A stretch of DNA of 64,000 nt from contig JAKSMS010000002.1 of the NCBI GenBank assembly GCA_024400415.1, positions 5,679-69,678 on the forward strand. Direction: 5' to 3'. The notes below the pieces were generated by a model. The model made no database searches, was not told the DNA's origin, and saw only the letters and a program-made list of their open reading frames with translations. Of this stretch, positions 39,123-47,742 are shown one piece after another. The stretch comes from Bacteroidales bacterium (lineage in GTDB: Bacteria > Bacteroidota > Bacteroidia > Bacteroidales > P3). The first letter of the stretch is position 1. Each line of letters starts with the position of its first letter. The translations under genes were made by a program, and so were the position numbers.

Positions 39123-40265
39123 TTAGTTGGCAAGCAGCATTGGCATTACGAGCATCAGGATGCTTTCTGGGGTCTCTTCCTGATTTTCGGCTACTGGGAA
39201 TATGATGCCGGCGCGGCGTGGGTCGCTCATCTCTATCAGAATCTCGTTGGTGTCGAGGTTGTTCAGCATCTCGATGAGGAATTTTGCACAGAATCCGATC
39301 TCCATTTCCTTGCCTTCATAGCTGCAGGCCAGTTTCTCGCTAGCATCGTTGGCAAACTCGATGTCTTCTGCTGAGATAACCAGTTCCTGGCTGCTGATGG
39401 CGAGGCGTACCTGGTGGGTCGACTGGTTGGCAAAGAGGCCTACGCGCTTCAGGGTGTTCATCAGCGTGAGTCGGTCGATGGTCAGTCTGTTAGGATTTTC
39501 CTTTGGAATGGCGGCCTCATAGTTAGGATATTTGCCGTCTACCAGTCGGCAGATCACGTAGAAGTTCTCCAGGGTGATGAAGAGGTTGGTGTTGTTATAC
39601 TCTATCACGGCCTCGCAGTCTTCCTTGCGGCTGTTGATGATATTGCGCAGCATGGTCATAGGCTTGCCGGGCAGGATGAAGTTGGTGCTTTCCTCAGCGT
39701 GGATGTCGCTTCTGCGGTAGCGTACCAGTTTCTGTGCGTCGGTGGCCACGAAGGTTACTCCGTCAGGGGTGAGTTCGCAGTAGATGCCGCTCATCTGTGG
39801 GCGCAGCTCGTCGGTGCTGGCTGCAAAGGCGGTCTTGCTGATGGCGCTTACCAGTACTGAGGCTGGCATCACCACCTTCTGGGTGTCCTTAGGTGCTGGC
39901 ATTTCGGGATAGTTCTCTGGGTTCATGCCGGCGAGGCGGTACTTGCCCTGGCCCGAAACGATCTCGATGCCGTAGTTCTTGTCGTCTACCGAGAAGGTCA
40001 TTGGCACGTCGTCAAGGCTCTTGAGTATGTCGAGCAGCAGCTTCGATGGAACGGCGATATCGGCCAATCCTGAAGTGTTGGTCTCGATGTCGGTAATGGT
40101 GGTCACCAGCGTGGTGGCCATGTCGGTAGCCTTCACGGTCAGCTTGCCCTCATCCAGGTGGAAGTGGAAGCAGCTGATGATTGGCAGGGCGTTGTTGGTG
40201 GTCAATACTCCGCTGATGGCTTGCAACTGTTTTACGAATAACTGGCTGTTAACGATGAATTTCAT
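39123..40265 (-). CDS. dnaN: DNA polymerase III subunit beta
   Basis: MKFIVNSQLFVKQLQAISGVL...ISCFHF...LTVKATD. Three-domain length of 380 aa. Confidence 0.92.
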   Translation of the reverse strand: MKFIVNSQLFVKQLQAISGVLTTNNALPIISCFHFHLDEGKLTVKATDMATTLVTTITDIETNTSGLADIAVPSKLLLDILKSLDDVPMTFSVDDKNYGIEIVSGQGKYRLAGMNPENYPEMPAPKDTQKVVMPASVLVSAISKTAFAASTDELRPQMSGIYCELTPDGVTFVATDAQKLVRYRRSDIHAEESTNFILPGKPMTMLRNIINSRKEDCEAVIEYNNTNLFITLENFYVICRLVDGKYPNYEAAIPKENPNRLTIDRLTLMNTLKRVGLFANQSTHQVRLAISSQELVISAEDIEFANDASEKLACSYEGKEMEIGFCAKFLIEMLNNLDTNEILIEMSDPRRAGIIFPVAENQEETPESILMLVMPMLLAN

Positions 40266-40374
40266 GGTATTATATATTTATTATTTCTTATTTAGATTTT
40301 TTGCAAAGATAAGACTTTTTTTGCGTTAAAAAGCATTTTTTTGCAAAATAGTTATCAACAGGCTGTGCGTTTCT

Positions 40375-41361
40375 CTATTCGCTCAGCTTGTAGGCGGGCT
40401 CTGATTTGACGTGCGGACTGTTGAAGTCCTGATTCAATCGCTCGTTTTGAACGCGTCCTTGTGCGTTGTCTCTCAGTTCCCAACGGCCGTTGATCCACAC
40501 ATAGGCCATCTCTACTCCTGAGGGCACGTAGTATTGGAACAGTCCTTCCATTCCGGGTATCTGCGGCTCTATCTGGTCGAAGATGATCATGGGTCCTTTC
40601 TCGTCATTGGTCTCCTGCACCGATATGGTGCGGGTCTTCTTGCCGCTGCCAGTCTTCACGCGCTTGCTGGTCACCGTGCGGGTGAATTGCTCTGAGTAGT
40701 TGAGGTTCACCATGGCATTGCTGCTATAGTCTAGCACTATGCGGCGCAGGGTCTTCTCCTTGCGGAATAGGGCCTGTCCGAACTGGGGCTTGCTGCTGGT
40801 GCCTCTGAAGCAGATGGGCTCTATCACCTTGCGCTGTATCAGGTGGTTGCGGCCCGTCCATCCAAGCAGGGTATAGTAGGTCTTGCCCTCGTGGGTGGTT
40901 GTCACCAGCTGCTGGTATACGGCTCCCAGCCATCGGTCGGGACTGAATAGCGACTCCTCTATGTTGATAGCCTCCTCCGATACGTCGGTGAGGGGGTACA
41001 CCACATAGTCGCCCTCTTTCTCATCGTATACCTGCACAAAGCCGAAGCATTCGTATTCCCCTTGGTCCGAAACCACAGGCCAAGTGATGATTCTCAGCTT
41101 CTTGTCCGTCGAGGTGAGCACCGACACGTAGTCGCCCAGGTTCCATTGGAATTTGAACGAGCCTTCGGTCTGCAGCGCCTGGCTGAACAGCTGCACTGCC
41201 AGTTCGTTGGCGTTGTAGCGCTGGTTGTCGGTGGGGGCCGACCTTACCAGTTCGAAATGTTTGATCAGCTGCTGCTGGTAGTTGGCCATCAGCGCCTTGT
41301 CTTGCGCCTGGGCAGCAAAGCCCAAAATCACAAAGAGTAGGAGGGTAATTTTAATCTTCAT
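40375..41361 (-). CDS. secreted protein, unknown function
   Basis: Signal peptide MKIKITLLLFVILGFAAQAQ. 328-aa ORF with host-like codon bias. Confidence 0.7.
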   Translation of the reverse strand: MKIKITLLLFVILGFAAQAQDKALMANYQQQLIKHFELVRSAPTDNQRYNANELAVQLFSQALQTEGSFKFQWNLGDYVSVLTSTDKKLRIITWPVVSDQGEYECFGFVQVYDEKEGDYVVYPLTDVSEEAINIEESLFSPDRWLGAVYQQLVTTTHEGKTYYTLLGWTGRNHLIQRKVIEPICFRGTSSKPQFGQALFRKEKTLRRIVLDYSSNAMVNLNYSEQFTRTVTSKRVKTGSGKKTRTISVQETNDEKGPMIIFDQIEPQIPGMEGLFQYYVPSGVEMAYVWINGRWELRDNAQGRVQNERLNQDFNSPHVKSEPAYKLSE

Positions 41362-41416
41362 GCAATATTTAACGCATGACTTCGTTTTTTATTATATATA
41401 AAGAAAAATTTTAATC

Positions 41417-42223
41417 ATGAAAGAGATAATCGAAAAGGCTTGGGACGACCGCTCCCTTCTGGAACAGGCCGCTACCCAGCAGGCAATTCGCGAGGCTGTC
41501 GAGGAACTCGACAAGGGCCGCCTACGCATTGCTCAGAAAATTGATGGTCAATGGCAAGTGAACGAGTGGTTGAAGAAGGCGGTGCTAATGTACTTCCCAA
41601 TCTGTAAGTTGCAGGTCATGGAGGCCGGTCCCCTTGAGTGGCACGACAAGATGGCGCTCAAGCATGGCTACGACCAGCTCGGCGTTCGCGTAGTGCCTCA
41701 GGCCGTGGCTCGCTATGGCGCTTATCTGGCTCCTGGTGTGGTGATGATGCCCTCTTATGTCAATATTGGCGCCTACGTGGATTCTGGCACTATGGTCGAC
41801 ACTTGGGCCACGGTGGGCAGCTGCGCACAGGTGGGCAAGAATGTGCACCTCAGCGGCGGCGTGGGCCTTGGCGGCGTGCTCGAGCCTGTCCAGGCGGCCC
41901 CTGTGATTATTGAGGACAACTGCTTTATCGGCAGCCGCTGCATTGTCGTAGAGGGCGCCCTTATCGAAGAGGAGGCCGTTCTCGGCGCCAATACCGTCAT
42001 CACCGGCAGCACCAAGATTATCGACGTCACCGGCAGCGAGCCCGTAGAGTATAAGGGCCGTGTCCCCGCCCGCAGTGTGGTTATCCCGGGCAGCTATACC
42101 CGCCATTATCCTGCTGGCGACTATAATGTGCCTTGCGCCCTCATTATCGGCAAGCGCAAAGAGAGCACCGACAAGAAGACCTCCCTCAACGCCGCCCTTC
42201 GCGACTTCGGCGTAGAGGGCTGA
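41417..42223 (+). CDS. dapD: 2,3,4,5-tetrahydropyridine-2,6-dicarboxylate N-succinyltransferase
   Basis: Left-handed beta-helix hexapeptide repeats (GAYVDSGTMVDTWATVGSCAQVGKNVHLSGGVGLGG) and a DapD N-terminal domain. Confidence 0.88.
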   Translation: MKEIIEKAWDDRSLLEQAATQQAIREAVEELDKGRLRIAQKIDGQWQVNEWLKKAVLMYFPICKLQVMEAGPLEWHDKMALKHGYDQLGVRVVPQAVARYGAYLAPGVVMMPSYVNIGAYVDSGTMVDTWATVGSCAQVGKNVHLSGGVGLGGVLEPVQAAPVIIEDNCFIGSRCIVVEGALIEEEAVLGANTVITGSTKIIDVTGSEPVEYKGRVPARSVVIPGSYTRHYPAGDYNVPCALIIGKRKESTDKKTSLNAALRDFGVEG

Positions 42224-42263
42224 TCCTGGCTCAAATAGTTACCAATCTTAATCTAGTATTCTT

Positions 42264-42641
42264 ATGAAGAAATACTTTATACTGATAGCAGTAATGCTCT
42301 GTGGCATAATGACTAGTTGCCGCGATTATGACGATTTCGATTTCGAGGGCACCGTAGTGGGCTACCGCTATTGTTCCTCCATCGGAAGCGTGCAGGATTT
42401 GGGCTATTTCGTCAAGCTCGACAGCCCCGATTCTGTAGGCGGAAGCGTCGAAATCAATGGCGTAAAGATGGATAATGTGCTGGTTGTCTACCAGTCCGAC
42501 CGCATGCTCCGCAATCTCGACCACATCCACGGAAGGCTCTACCTGGAGCCCAAATATTCCAAGGCCAACTGCTCCGTGCATGCTACCGATGTCGACAAGG
42601 ACCTTCCCGAGGCTGTCTTTACCAAGATAGTGAGGGACTAA
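42264..42641 (+). CDS. small lipoprotein, unknown function
   Basis: Lipobox MLCGIMTSC. 125 aa. Confidence 0.7.
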   Translation: MKKYFILIAVMLCGIMTSCRDYDDFDFEGTVVGYRYCSSIGSVQDLGYFVKLDSPDSVGGSVEINGVKMDNVLVVYQSDRMLRNLDHIHGRLYLEPKYSKANCSVHATDVDKDLPEAVFTKIVRD

Positions 42642-42650
42642 TCAGCTCTG

Positions 42651-43643
42651 TTAGATGAAGAACAGGCAGGCTCCGGCTACGCTGATGCAGGCCCCTATCA
42701 CCTCCTTGACGGTCACCTTCTGGTGGAATATCCAGTAGGCGGGAAGTATGATCAGGATAGGGGATAGGGCCATGAGCGTCTGGGCAATGCCTGTGCTAGT
42801 ATACAAGGTGGCCATCAGCGAAAGGCTCACTCCCACAAAAGGACCGAATACCGTGCTTGCCAAGGCACACCACATCGAGGTGCGGTCGTGCCAGGCCTGG
42901 CTGAGCTGTTGGCGGCCGTTCTTCGAGAAGGCCAGCAGCGCTACGCTGAATCCTGCCAGTCCGATAAATGCGCGTATCATCGTGCCGGCAAAGGGAATAG
43001 AGATGCTGAAGGGGATGGGCAGTATCGCCCCGTCGGCCACGTCGTTGGGCAGAAATCCGTTCATCGCCACCGCCTGCTCATAGTGCTGCAGTCCTATCTT
43101 GCTGATAACGAGTCCGACACCCTGTCCTATGCCGGCTCCTGCTCCAAAGAGGATTCCCTTCATGGGGAATTTCAATCGCACGCTTAATCCGTTGCTTTTC
43201 TGATTTTGGCCGTCGTCCTTGGCCAGCACCGACATGCTGATGCCTACCAGCACCACCACCATGCCTAGGATGGCGAGGGGCTTCATGGCTTCGCCCAGCA
43301 GTATCCAGGCCGTGATGGCCGCCGTTGGGGCCGAAAGGGTCTGCAGCAGCTGCCCGAAGCGGGAACCGATGATGATATAGCCCTTGAAGAGGCAGTAGTC
43401 GCCCAGCACATAGCCTATGAATCCCGACAGAATCAGCCACAGCCAGGTGCCAGAGTCGGCAAATCTTGGGTAAGGGGCGCCCATTATCACCCATAGGGTG
43501 GCGCCCAAAAGCAGTATCGACATCACCATGCGGGTGACGTTCAGCGGCAGCGACCCGATGCGTTTTGAGGCCGTCTCGGCGAAAAGCGCTCCGGTGGTAA
43601 AAGAGGCTGCAGTACAGATAGATAGTATTTCTCCTAAGAGCAT
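42651..43643 (-). CDS. DMT-superfamily (EamA-like) transporter
   Basis: About ten TM helices arranged as two EamA-like halves. Confidence 0.75.
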   Translation of the reverse strand: MLLGEILSICTAASFTTGALFAETASKRIGSLPLNVTRMVMSILLLGATLWVIMGAPYPRFADSGTWLWLILSGFIGYVLGDYCLFKGYIIIGSRFGQLLQTLSAPTAAITAWILLGEAMKPLAILGMVVVLVGISMSVLAKDDGQNQKSNGLSVRLKFPMKGILFGAGAGIGQGVGLVISKIGLQHYEQAVAMNGFLPNDVADGAILPIPFSISIPFAGTMIRAFIGLAGFSVALLAFSKNGRQQLSQAWHDRTSMWCALASTVFGPFVGVSLSLMATLYTSTGIAQTLMALSPILIILPAYWIFHQKVTVKEVIGACISVAGACLFFI

Positions 43644-43807
43644 TATTCTAGCATTTTTCGAAGTGCAAAAGTACGGATTCTTGCCTTACCGACCAAAAAA
43701 AATTGACCCATTCTCGAATTTTTTTGTCCGCCGTGTCGAAAATAATGTGTATCTTTGCATTTCAATAGATGAATTGAGTGTTTAATTAACGGATAGCTAT
43801 CATCGAT

Positions 43808-44419
43808 ATGAGAAAAAAACAAATCAGCACCAACCAGCAGATTAAAGAGTCGGCTCGCAAGCTCTTTCTCGAAAAAGGTTTCGACGCCACCTCCATTCGC
43901 GATATTGCCGAGGCAGCCCATTCCAATGTGGCCCTCCTCAACTATTATTTTCGTAGCAAGCAAGGCCTCTTCAATCAGATTGTGGCCGACATCGTTGCTG
44001 AGATTCTCAAGCCCGCCTTGTCTATCTTCCAGCAGGAAGGCCTCTCCGTAAACGACGCTATGGACCAGCTGGTGGGCACCTATACCGATTATTTCAACGC
44101 CCATCCAGAATATCCTGTATTTGTGATGGATGAGATACACAGAGATCCTGCATTCGTGCTCTCGCTTATCCCCGTTTCGGAATTGGAGCAGACTCCCTTT
44201 GTGTCGCAGCTGCCAGAATCCATGAAGGAGTCAGTCGGAGGCGTTCCCTACTATGTGCATCTCATCATCAACGCCCTCTCCATGCTGCTGCTGCCTATGT
44301 TCGTCAAGCCGATGTTTGAGGCCGACAGCCGCCTGGGCAAGCAGGCCTTTGCCGACCTGTCTGCCATCCGCAAGCAGATGATTCCCATCTGGATCAACAC
44401 TATGGTCGAGATGGTGTAG
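43808..44419 (+). CDS. TetR/AcrR family transcriptional regulator
   Basis: N-terminal HTH ARKLFLEKGFDATSIRDIAEAAHSNVALLNYYFRSK. Confidence 0.88.
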   Translation: MRKKQISTNQQIKESARKLFLEKGFDATSIRDIAEAAHSNVALLNYYFRSKQGLFNQIVADIVAEILKPALSIFQQEGLSVNDAMDQLVGTYTDYFNAHPEYPVFVMDEIHRDPAFVLSLIPVSELEQTPFVSQLPESMKESVGGVPYYVHLIINALSMLLLPMFVKPMFEADSRLGKQAFADLSAIRKQMIPIWINTMVEMV

Positions 44420-44469
44420 AACGATACTTTTGCCTCAAGCAGCAACCTGCTGCCCATCAGCCTAATATG

Positions 44470-44504
44470 GCCGCACGTTCTTCCGAATCGTGCGGCTTCT
44501 TTTT
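44470..44504 (+). terminator. rho-independent terminator
   Basis: GCCGCACG / CGTGCGGC stem followed by TTCTTTTT. Confidence 0.75.
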
Positions 44505-44529
44505 GCCCCTTATCTGTATCCAATCTGGC

Positions 44530-44633
44530 TTATATGTGCTATATTTGTGCTATATATGTGCTATATATGTCCTATTCCTATAGGATAGCAGAAATATAGC
44601 ACATATATAGCACAAATATAGCACATATGCGCC
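44530..44633. repeat. ~104-bp iteron palindrome, copy B (best alignment is to the reverse complement of copy A)
   Basis: ATATGTGCTATATTTGTGCTATATATGTGCTATATATGTCCTATTCCTATAGGATAGCAGAAATATAGCACATATATAGCACAAATATAGCACATATGCGCC. By eye about 90 percent identical to the reverse complement of copy A. Confidence 0.9.
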
Positions 44634-44765
44634 CAATAAGTCCCCCATAATGTTCCCATTGTAGGCCCATTCTTCAGAGGCGTCAGGCAGGTGGTTTGGG
44701 TGCCTTGTTGAAAAGGTTGTGGAAAAGTATGGGCGCTGATAGGCATGCATTATATATATTTTGCG

Positions 44766-44773
44766 TATCTTTG
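44766..44773 (+). promoter_or_regulatory. Bacteroidetes -7 promoter box TATCTTTG
   Basis: TAnnTTTG match 26 nt upstream of the GTG start of dxs. Confidence 0.5.
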
Positions 44774-44798
44774 CAATCGATACTAATTTGAAAAATAA

Positions 44799-46697
44799 GT
44801 GCAATACTCTCTTTTAGAACACATTGAATCTCCAGCCGACCTCAAATCGCTTTCGATTGAGGACCTTAAGGCACTCTCTGGCGAACTGCGTCAGTATATC
44901 ATCTCTACCCTTAGCTCCCATCCGGGCCACTTGGCATCGGGCTTGGGCGTGGTGGAACTCACCGTGGCGCTGCATGCTGTGTTCAATACTCCCGACGATA
45001 AGCTTGTTTGGGATGTGGGCCATCAGGCCTATGCCCATAAGATCTTGACGGGCAGAAGGAACCGCTTCTCTACCATACGTACCTATGGCGGTTTGAGCGG
45101 ATTTCCCAAGATGACTGAAAGCGAGTATGATGCATTCGGAACCGGCCATAGCAGCACCTCTATCAGCGCTGCCCTTGGCATGGCCACCGCCTCCAAGCTG
45201 CAGGGCAATGCCTCTCGGCAGCATATCGCCGTGATCGGCGACGGCTCTATGACCGGCGGCGAGGCCTTCGAGGCCCTCAACAACGCCGGCGTCAGCAAGG
45301 CCAACATTCTGGTGATCCTCAACGACAACGGCATCTCTATCGACAAGTCGGTGGGCGGCCTCAGCCGCTACCTTACCAAGGTGACCGCCTCGCGCCGATA
45401 CAACGACCTCAAAAACAAGGTGTGGGACACCCTCGACGGCGACGAGCAGAACCGCTCGAGAGGCAAAGAGAAAGGACTGAACTTCTTTCAGAAGATGGCC
45501 TATTCCACCAAGTCGGCACTCCTGGGACACCAGAACAACCTGTTCGAGTCGTTGGGATTCCGCTACTTCGGCCCCATCGACGGCCACAATATGGAAGACC
45601 TCCTCGAAGTGCTCAACAAGCTGCGTAAGCTCAAGGGCCCCAAGCTGCTCCACATCGTCACCACCAAGGGCAAGGGCCTGCCGGCAGCAGAAGAAAACCC
45701 CACCGTTTTCCATGCGCCAGGCAAGTTCGACGCCGAGACCGGCGAGCGAATTAAAACGACCGCTTCAAACATGCCGCCCAAGTACCAGGATGTGTTTGGC
45801 CGCACCATCATAGAGCTGGCCGAGAAGAATCCTAAGATAGTGGGAATCACCCCCGCCATGCCAACAGGCTGTTCGCTCAACATGATGATGGCCGAAATGC
45901 CCGACCGCGCCTTCGACGTGGGCATCGCCGAGCAGCATGCCGTGACCTTCGCAGCCGGACTGGCGGCACAGGGACAGCTTCCCTTCTGCAATATCTACAG
46001 TTCGTTCATGCAGCGGGCCTACGACCAGGTGATTCACGACGTGGCGCTGCAGAATCTCGACTTCGTGCTCTGCCTCGACCGCGGCGGACTCGTGGGCGAC
46101 GACGGCCCTACACACCACGGCGCCTTCGACATGGCCTGCCTGCGACTGGTGCCCAACCTCACCATCATGGCGCCCATGAACGAGCACGAGCTGCGCAATA
46201 TGATGTACACCGCCCAGCTGCCCGGCAAGGGTCCGGTGGTGATCCGCTATCCGCGCGGAAACGGCGTGCTCACCGACTGGCACAACGAGATGCTGGAGCT
46301 CCCAATCGGCAAGGGCAGAATGCTCAAAGAGGGTAGGGAAGTGGCCATTGTAAGCATCGGACACATAGGCAATTCTGCGATGGAAGCAGCAGCAACGCTC
46401 GAAGCCGATGGCATCTCGGTGGGAGTGTACGACATGCGCTTTGTAAAGCCGTTAGACACGGCCCTTCTTGACCAGATAGCCGAACGCTACGACCGGGTGA
46501 TTACCCTCGAAGACGGCTGCCTGGAAGGCGGCTTCGGCAGCGCCGTGCTGGAATACTACTCCGCCAAAGGCGGCAAGACCCCAGCAGTGAAGCGCTTAGG
46601 CATCCCCGACCGCTTCATCACCCACGGCACCATCCCCCAGCTCCAGCAGGAATGCGGCATAGACACGACCTCCATCATCGCCGCCGTGAAAGCGTGA
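44799..46697 (+). CDS. dxs: 1-deoxy-D-xylulose-5-phosphate synthase
   Basis: LASGLGVVELTVALH, VWDVGHQAYAHKILTGR, GDGSMTGGEAFEALNNAG, transketolase-like C-terminal half. GTG start. Confidence 0.93.
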   Translation: MQYSLLEHIESPADLKSLSIEDLKALSGELRQYIISTLSSHPGHLASGLGVVELTVALHAVFNTPDDKLVWDVGHQAYAHKILTGRRNRFSTIRTYGGLSGFPKMTESEYDAFGTGHSSTSISAALGMATASKLQGNASRQHIAVIGDGSMTGGEAFEALNNAGVSKANILVILNDNGISIDKSVGGLSRYLTKVTASRRYNDLKNKVWDTLDGDEQNRSRGKEKGLNFFQKMAYSTKSALLGHQNNLFESLGFRYFGPIDGHNMEDLLEVLNKLRKLKGPKLLHIVTTKGKGLPAAEENPTVFHAPGKFDAETGERIKTTASNMPPKYQDVFGRTIIELAEKNPKIVGITPAMPTGCSLNMMMAEMPDRAFDVGIAEQHAVTFAAGLAAQGQLPFCNIYSSFMQRAYDQVIHDVALQNLDFVLCLDRGGLVGDDGPTHHGAFDMACLRLVPNLTIMAPMNEHELRNMMYTAQLPGKGPVVIRYPRGNGVLTDWHNEMLELPIGKGRMLKEGREVAIVSIGHIGNSAMEAAATLEADGISVGVYDMRFVKPLDTALLDQIAERYDRVITLEDGCLEGGFGSAVLEYYSAKGGKTPAVKRLGIPDRFITHGTIPQLQQECGIDTTSIIAAVKA

Positions 46698-46799
46698 CAG
46701 GCTTTATTAGTCACAGATCTACGCCAGCGCGCCCTCAGAGCCTACAACGCCCTAAAAGAAGAAAACCAGAATCTGCGCCAAGAGATTAATCGCTCAAGC

Positions 46800-46878
46800 A
46801 TAGGACTCCATAGGGGAAATAGGACAAAGTAGGAACCAATGACACATATCCTATCAAAGGTCCTATTGTCAATCCTAC
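46800..46878. repeat. phased TAGGA iteron array forming an imperfect palindrome
   Basis: TAGGACTCCA TAGGGGAAA TAGGACAAAG TAGGAACCAA (starts 46801, 46811, 46820, 46830), then inverted CCTA copies at 46850, 46862 and 46873. AATAGGAC (46818-25) faces GTCCTATT (46860-67). Confidence 0.7.
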
Positions 46879-46938
46879 ACTTCCTGCCCTCGTGAAATAT
46901 TGCCATCATGAAAATTTGCCCGTTCGGGAAATTATTCG

Positions 46939-46946
46939 TAATTTTG
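46939..46946 (+). promoter_or_regulatory. -7 box TAATTTTG with -33 TTTG at 46915-46918
   Basis: Canonical Bacteroidetes promoter geometry with a 20-nt spacer, upstream of ORF 47031. Confidence 0.55.
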
Positions 46947-47030
46947 CAGATGGTTTTAAAATGAAGTTTTTGTAAACAAAGCTGCATTTGTAACTTGAAT
47001 TCAACTTCGATGCACAAATAATTATATGCT

Positions 47031-47483
47031 ATGACCGATAGAGAAATCCAGCAGCAGATGGACGCAATGCGGGCCTTGGCTGAACCCATGCCTCAGGTCG
47101 GCATCTTTTGGTTCGACCTCAGCGATCACACTTTCTTTGGTGTCCGTAAGCAGGAGATTACTCCCAAGCAAGTGGAGGAAGCTGCCGAAAAAGGCCTTCC
47201 GTTCATCAACTACCCACACCTTCATCGTCAGGTATGGGCAAAGGAATATTTCCGTGCGCAGGCCACAGGAGAGCAGACCAAATTCGTAGGCGACTACACC
47301 CAGATACCAAGGGGGCGAGTTGCATGGAACATCAACAAGTTCATCGTCTTCGTAGGCCAATGGGCCAAACCCATCGAAGCAGAACTTTCCGAGATGATAG
47401 AAAATGAATTTGCCCTTCCATACTTCGAATTCGTTTACGACATCCATTGGGACCTCGGCCACGGCTGGAGTGGCGACCTATAA
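47031..47483 (+). CDS. hypothetical protein (150 aa), family not recognised
   Basis: Clean ORF behind a canonical promoter. Conserved-looking blocks are GIFWFD, PRGRVAWN and FVYDIHWDLGHGW. No signal peptide or TM segment. Confidence 0.6.
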   Translation: MTDREIQQQMDAMRALAEPMPQVGIFWFDLSDHTFFGVRKQEITPKQVEEAAEKGLPFINYPHLHRQVWAKEYFRAQATGEQTKFVGDYTQIPRGRVAWNINKFIVFVGQWAKPIEAELSEMIENEFALPYFEFVYDIHWDLGHGWSGDL

Positions 47484-47665
47484 GACTCGAATTGGCGAGA
47501 AAGGTGAAGGTTACGCTGGTTCGCCAACCGCTGGAAGAGCCGCCTCTTCTACCAAGAAAACCTCCCCGCCACCTTCCTCATCCAACTCTTGAGCCACATA
47601 GTGAAACCCTTAGGCCGCGCGGAGTGATGTGCTCGAAAAAGATTGCCCATTCAAGAAATTTTTCG

Positions 47666-47673
47666 TAATTTTG
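47666..47673 (+). promoter_or_regulatory. -7 box TAATTTTG of the R-M operon
   Basis: TAnnTTTG match 70 nt upstream of the ATG at 47743. It is embedded in a duplicate of the 46911-46950 promoter module. Confidence 0.55.
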
Positions 47674-47742
47674 CAGTTTGAATTTGTATTAGTATAGAAA
47701 TGAAAATTGCAGTTATAGCTTGAAATCAACACCTTATTAATC

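Noticed and set aside
40352-40360. DnaA-box-like TTATCAACA upstream of dnaN, as a hint of oriC.
   Set aside because: It is a single one-mismatch box. There is no box cluster, no AT-rich unwinding element and no dnaA gene nearby.
25337-44529. The 19-kb segment between the two inverted palindromes as a composite transposon or mobile element.
   Set aside because: Its cargo is core housekeeping (dnaN, ftsX, uppP, truB, queA, rarA, dapD). There is no transposase or integrase, and composition matches the flanks. Only an inversion substrate remains plausible.
46698-46832. Read-through frame after the dxs stop encoding a coiled-coil-like peptide (…DLRQRALRAYNALKEENQNLRQEINR…).
   Set aside because: It has no start codon and is short. 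It is possibly a relic but cannot be supported as a CDS.
46742-47089. 115-aa minus-strand ORF.
   Set aside because: It overlaps the canonical promoter and the start of ORF150 on the other strand. Its sequence is Cys/Ile/Phe-rich and odd, with no promoter of its own.
47031-47483. ORF150 as a Vsr very-short-patch repair endonuclease accompanying the Dcm gene.
   Set aside because: The sequence shows none of the Vsr motifs.
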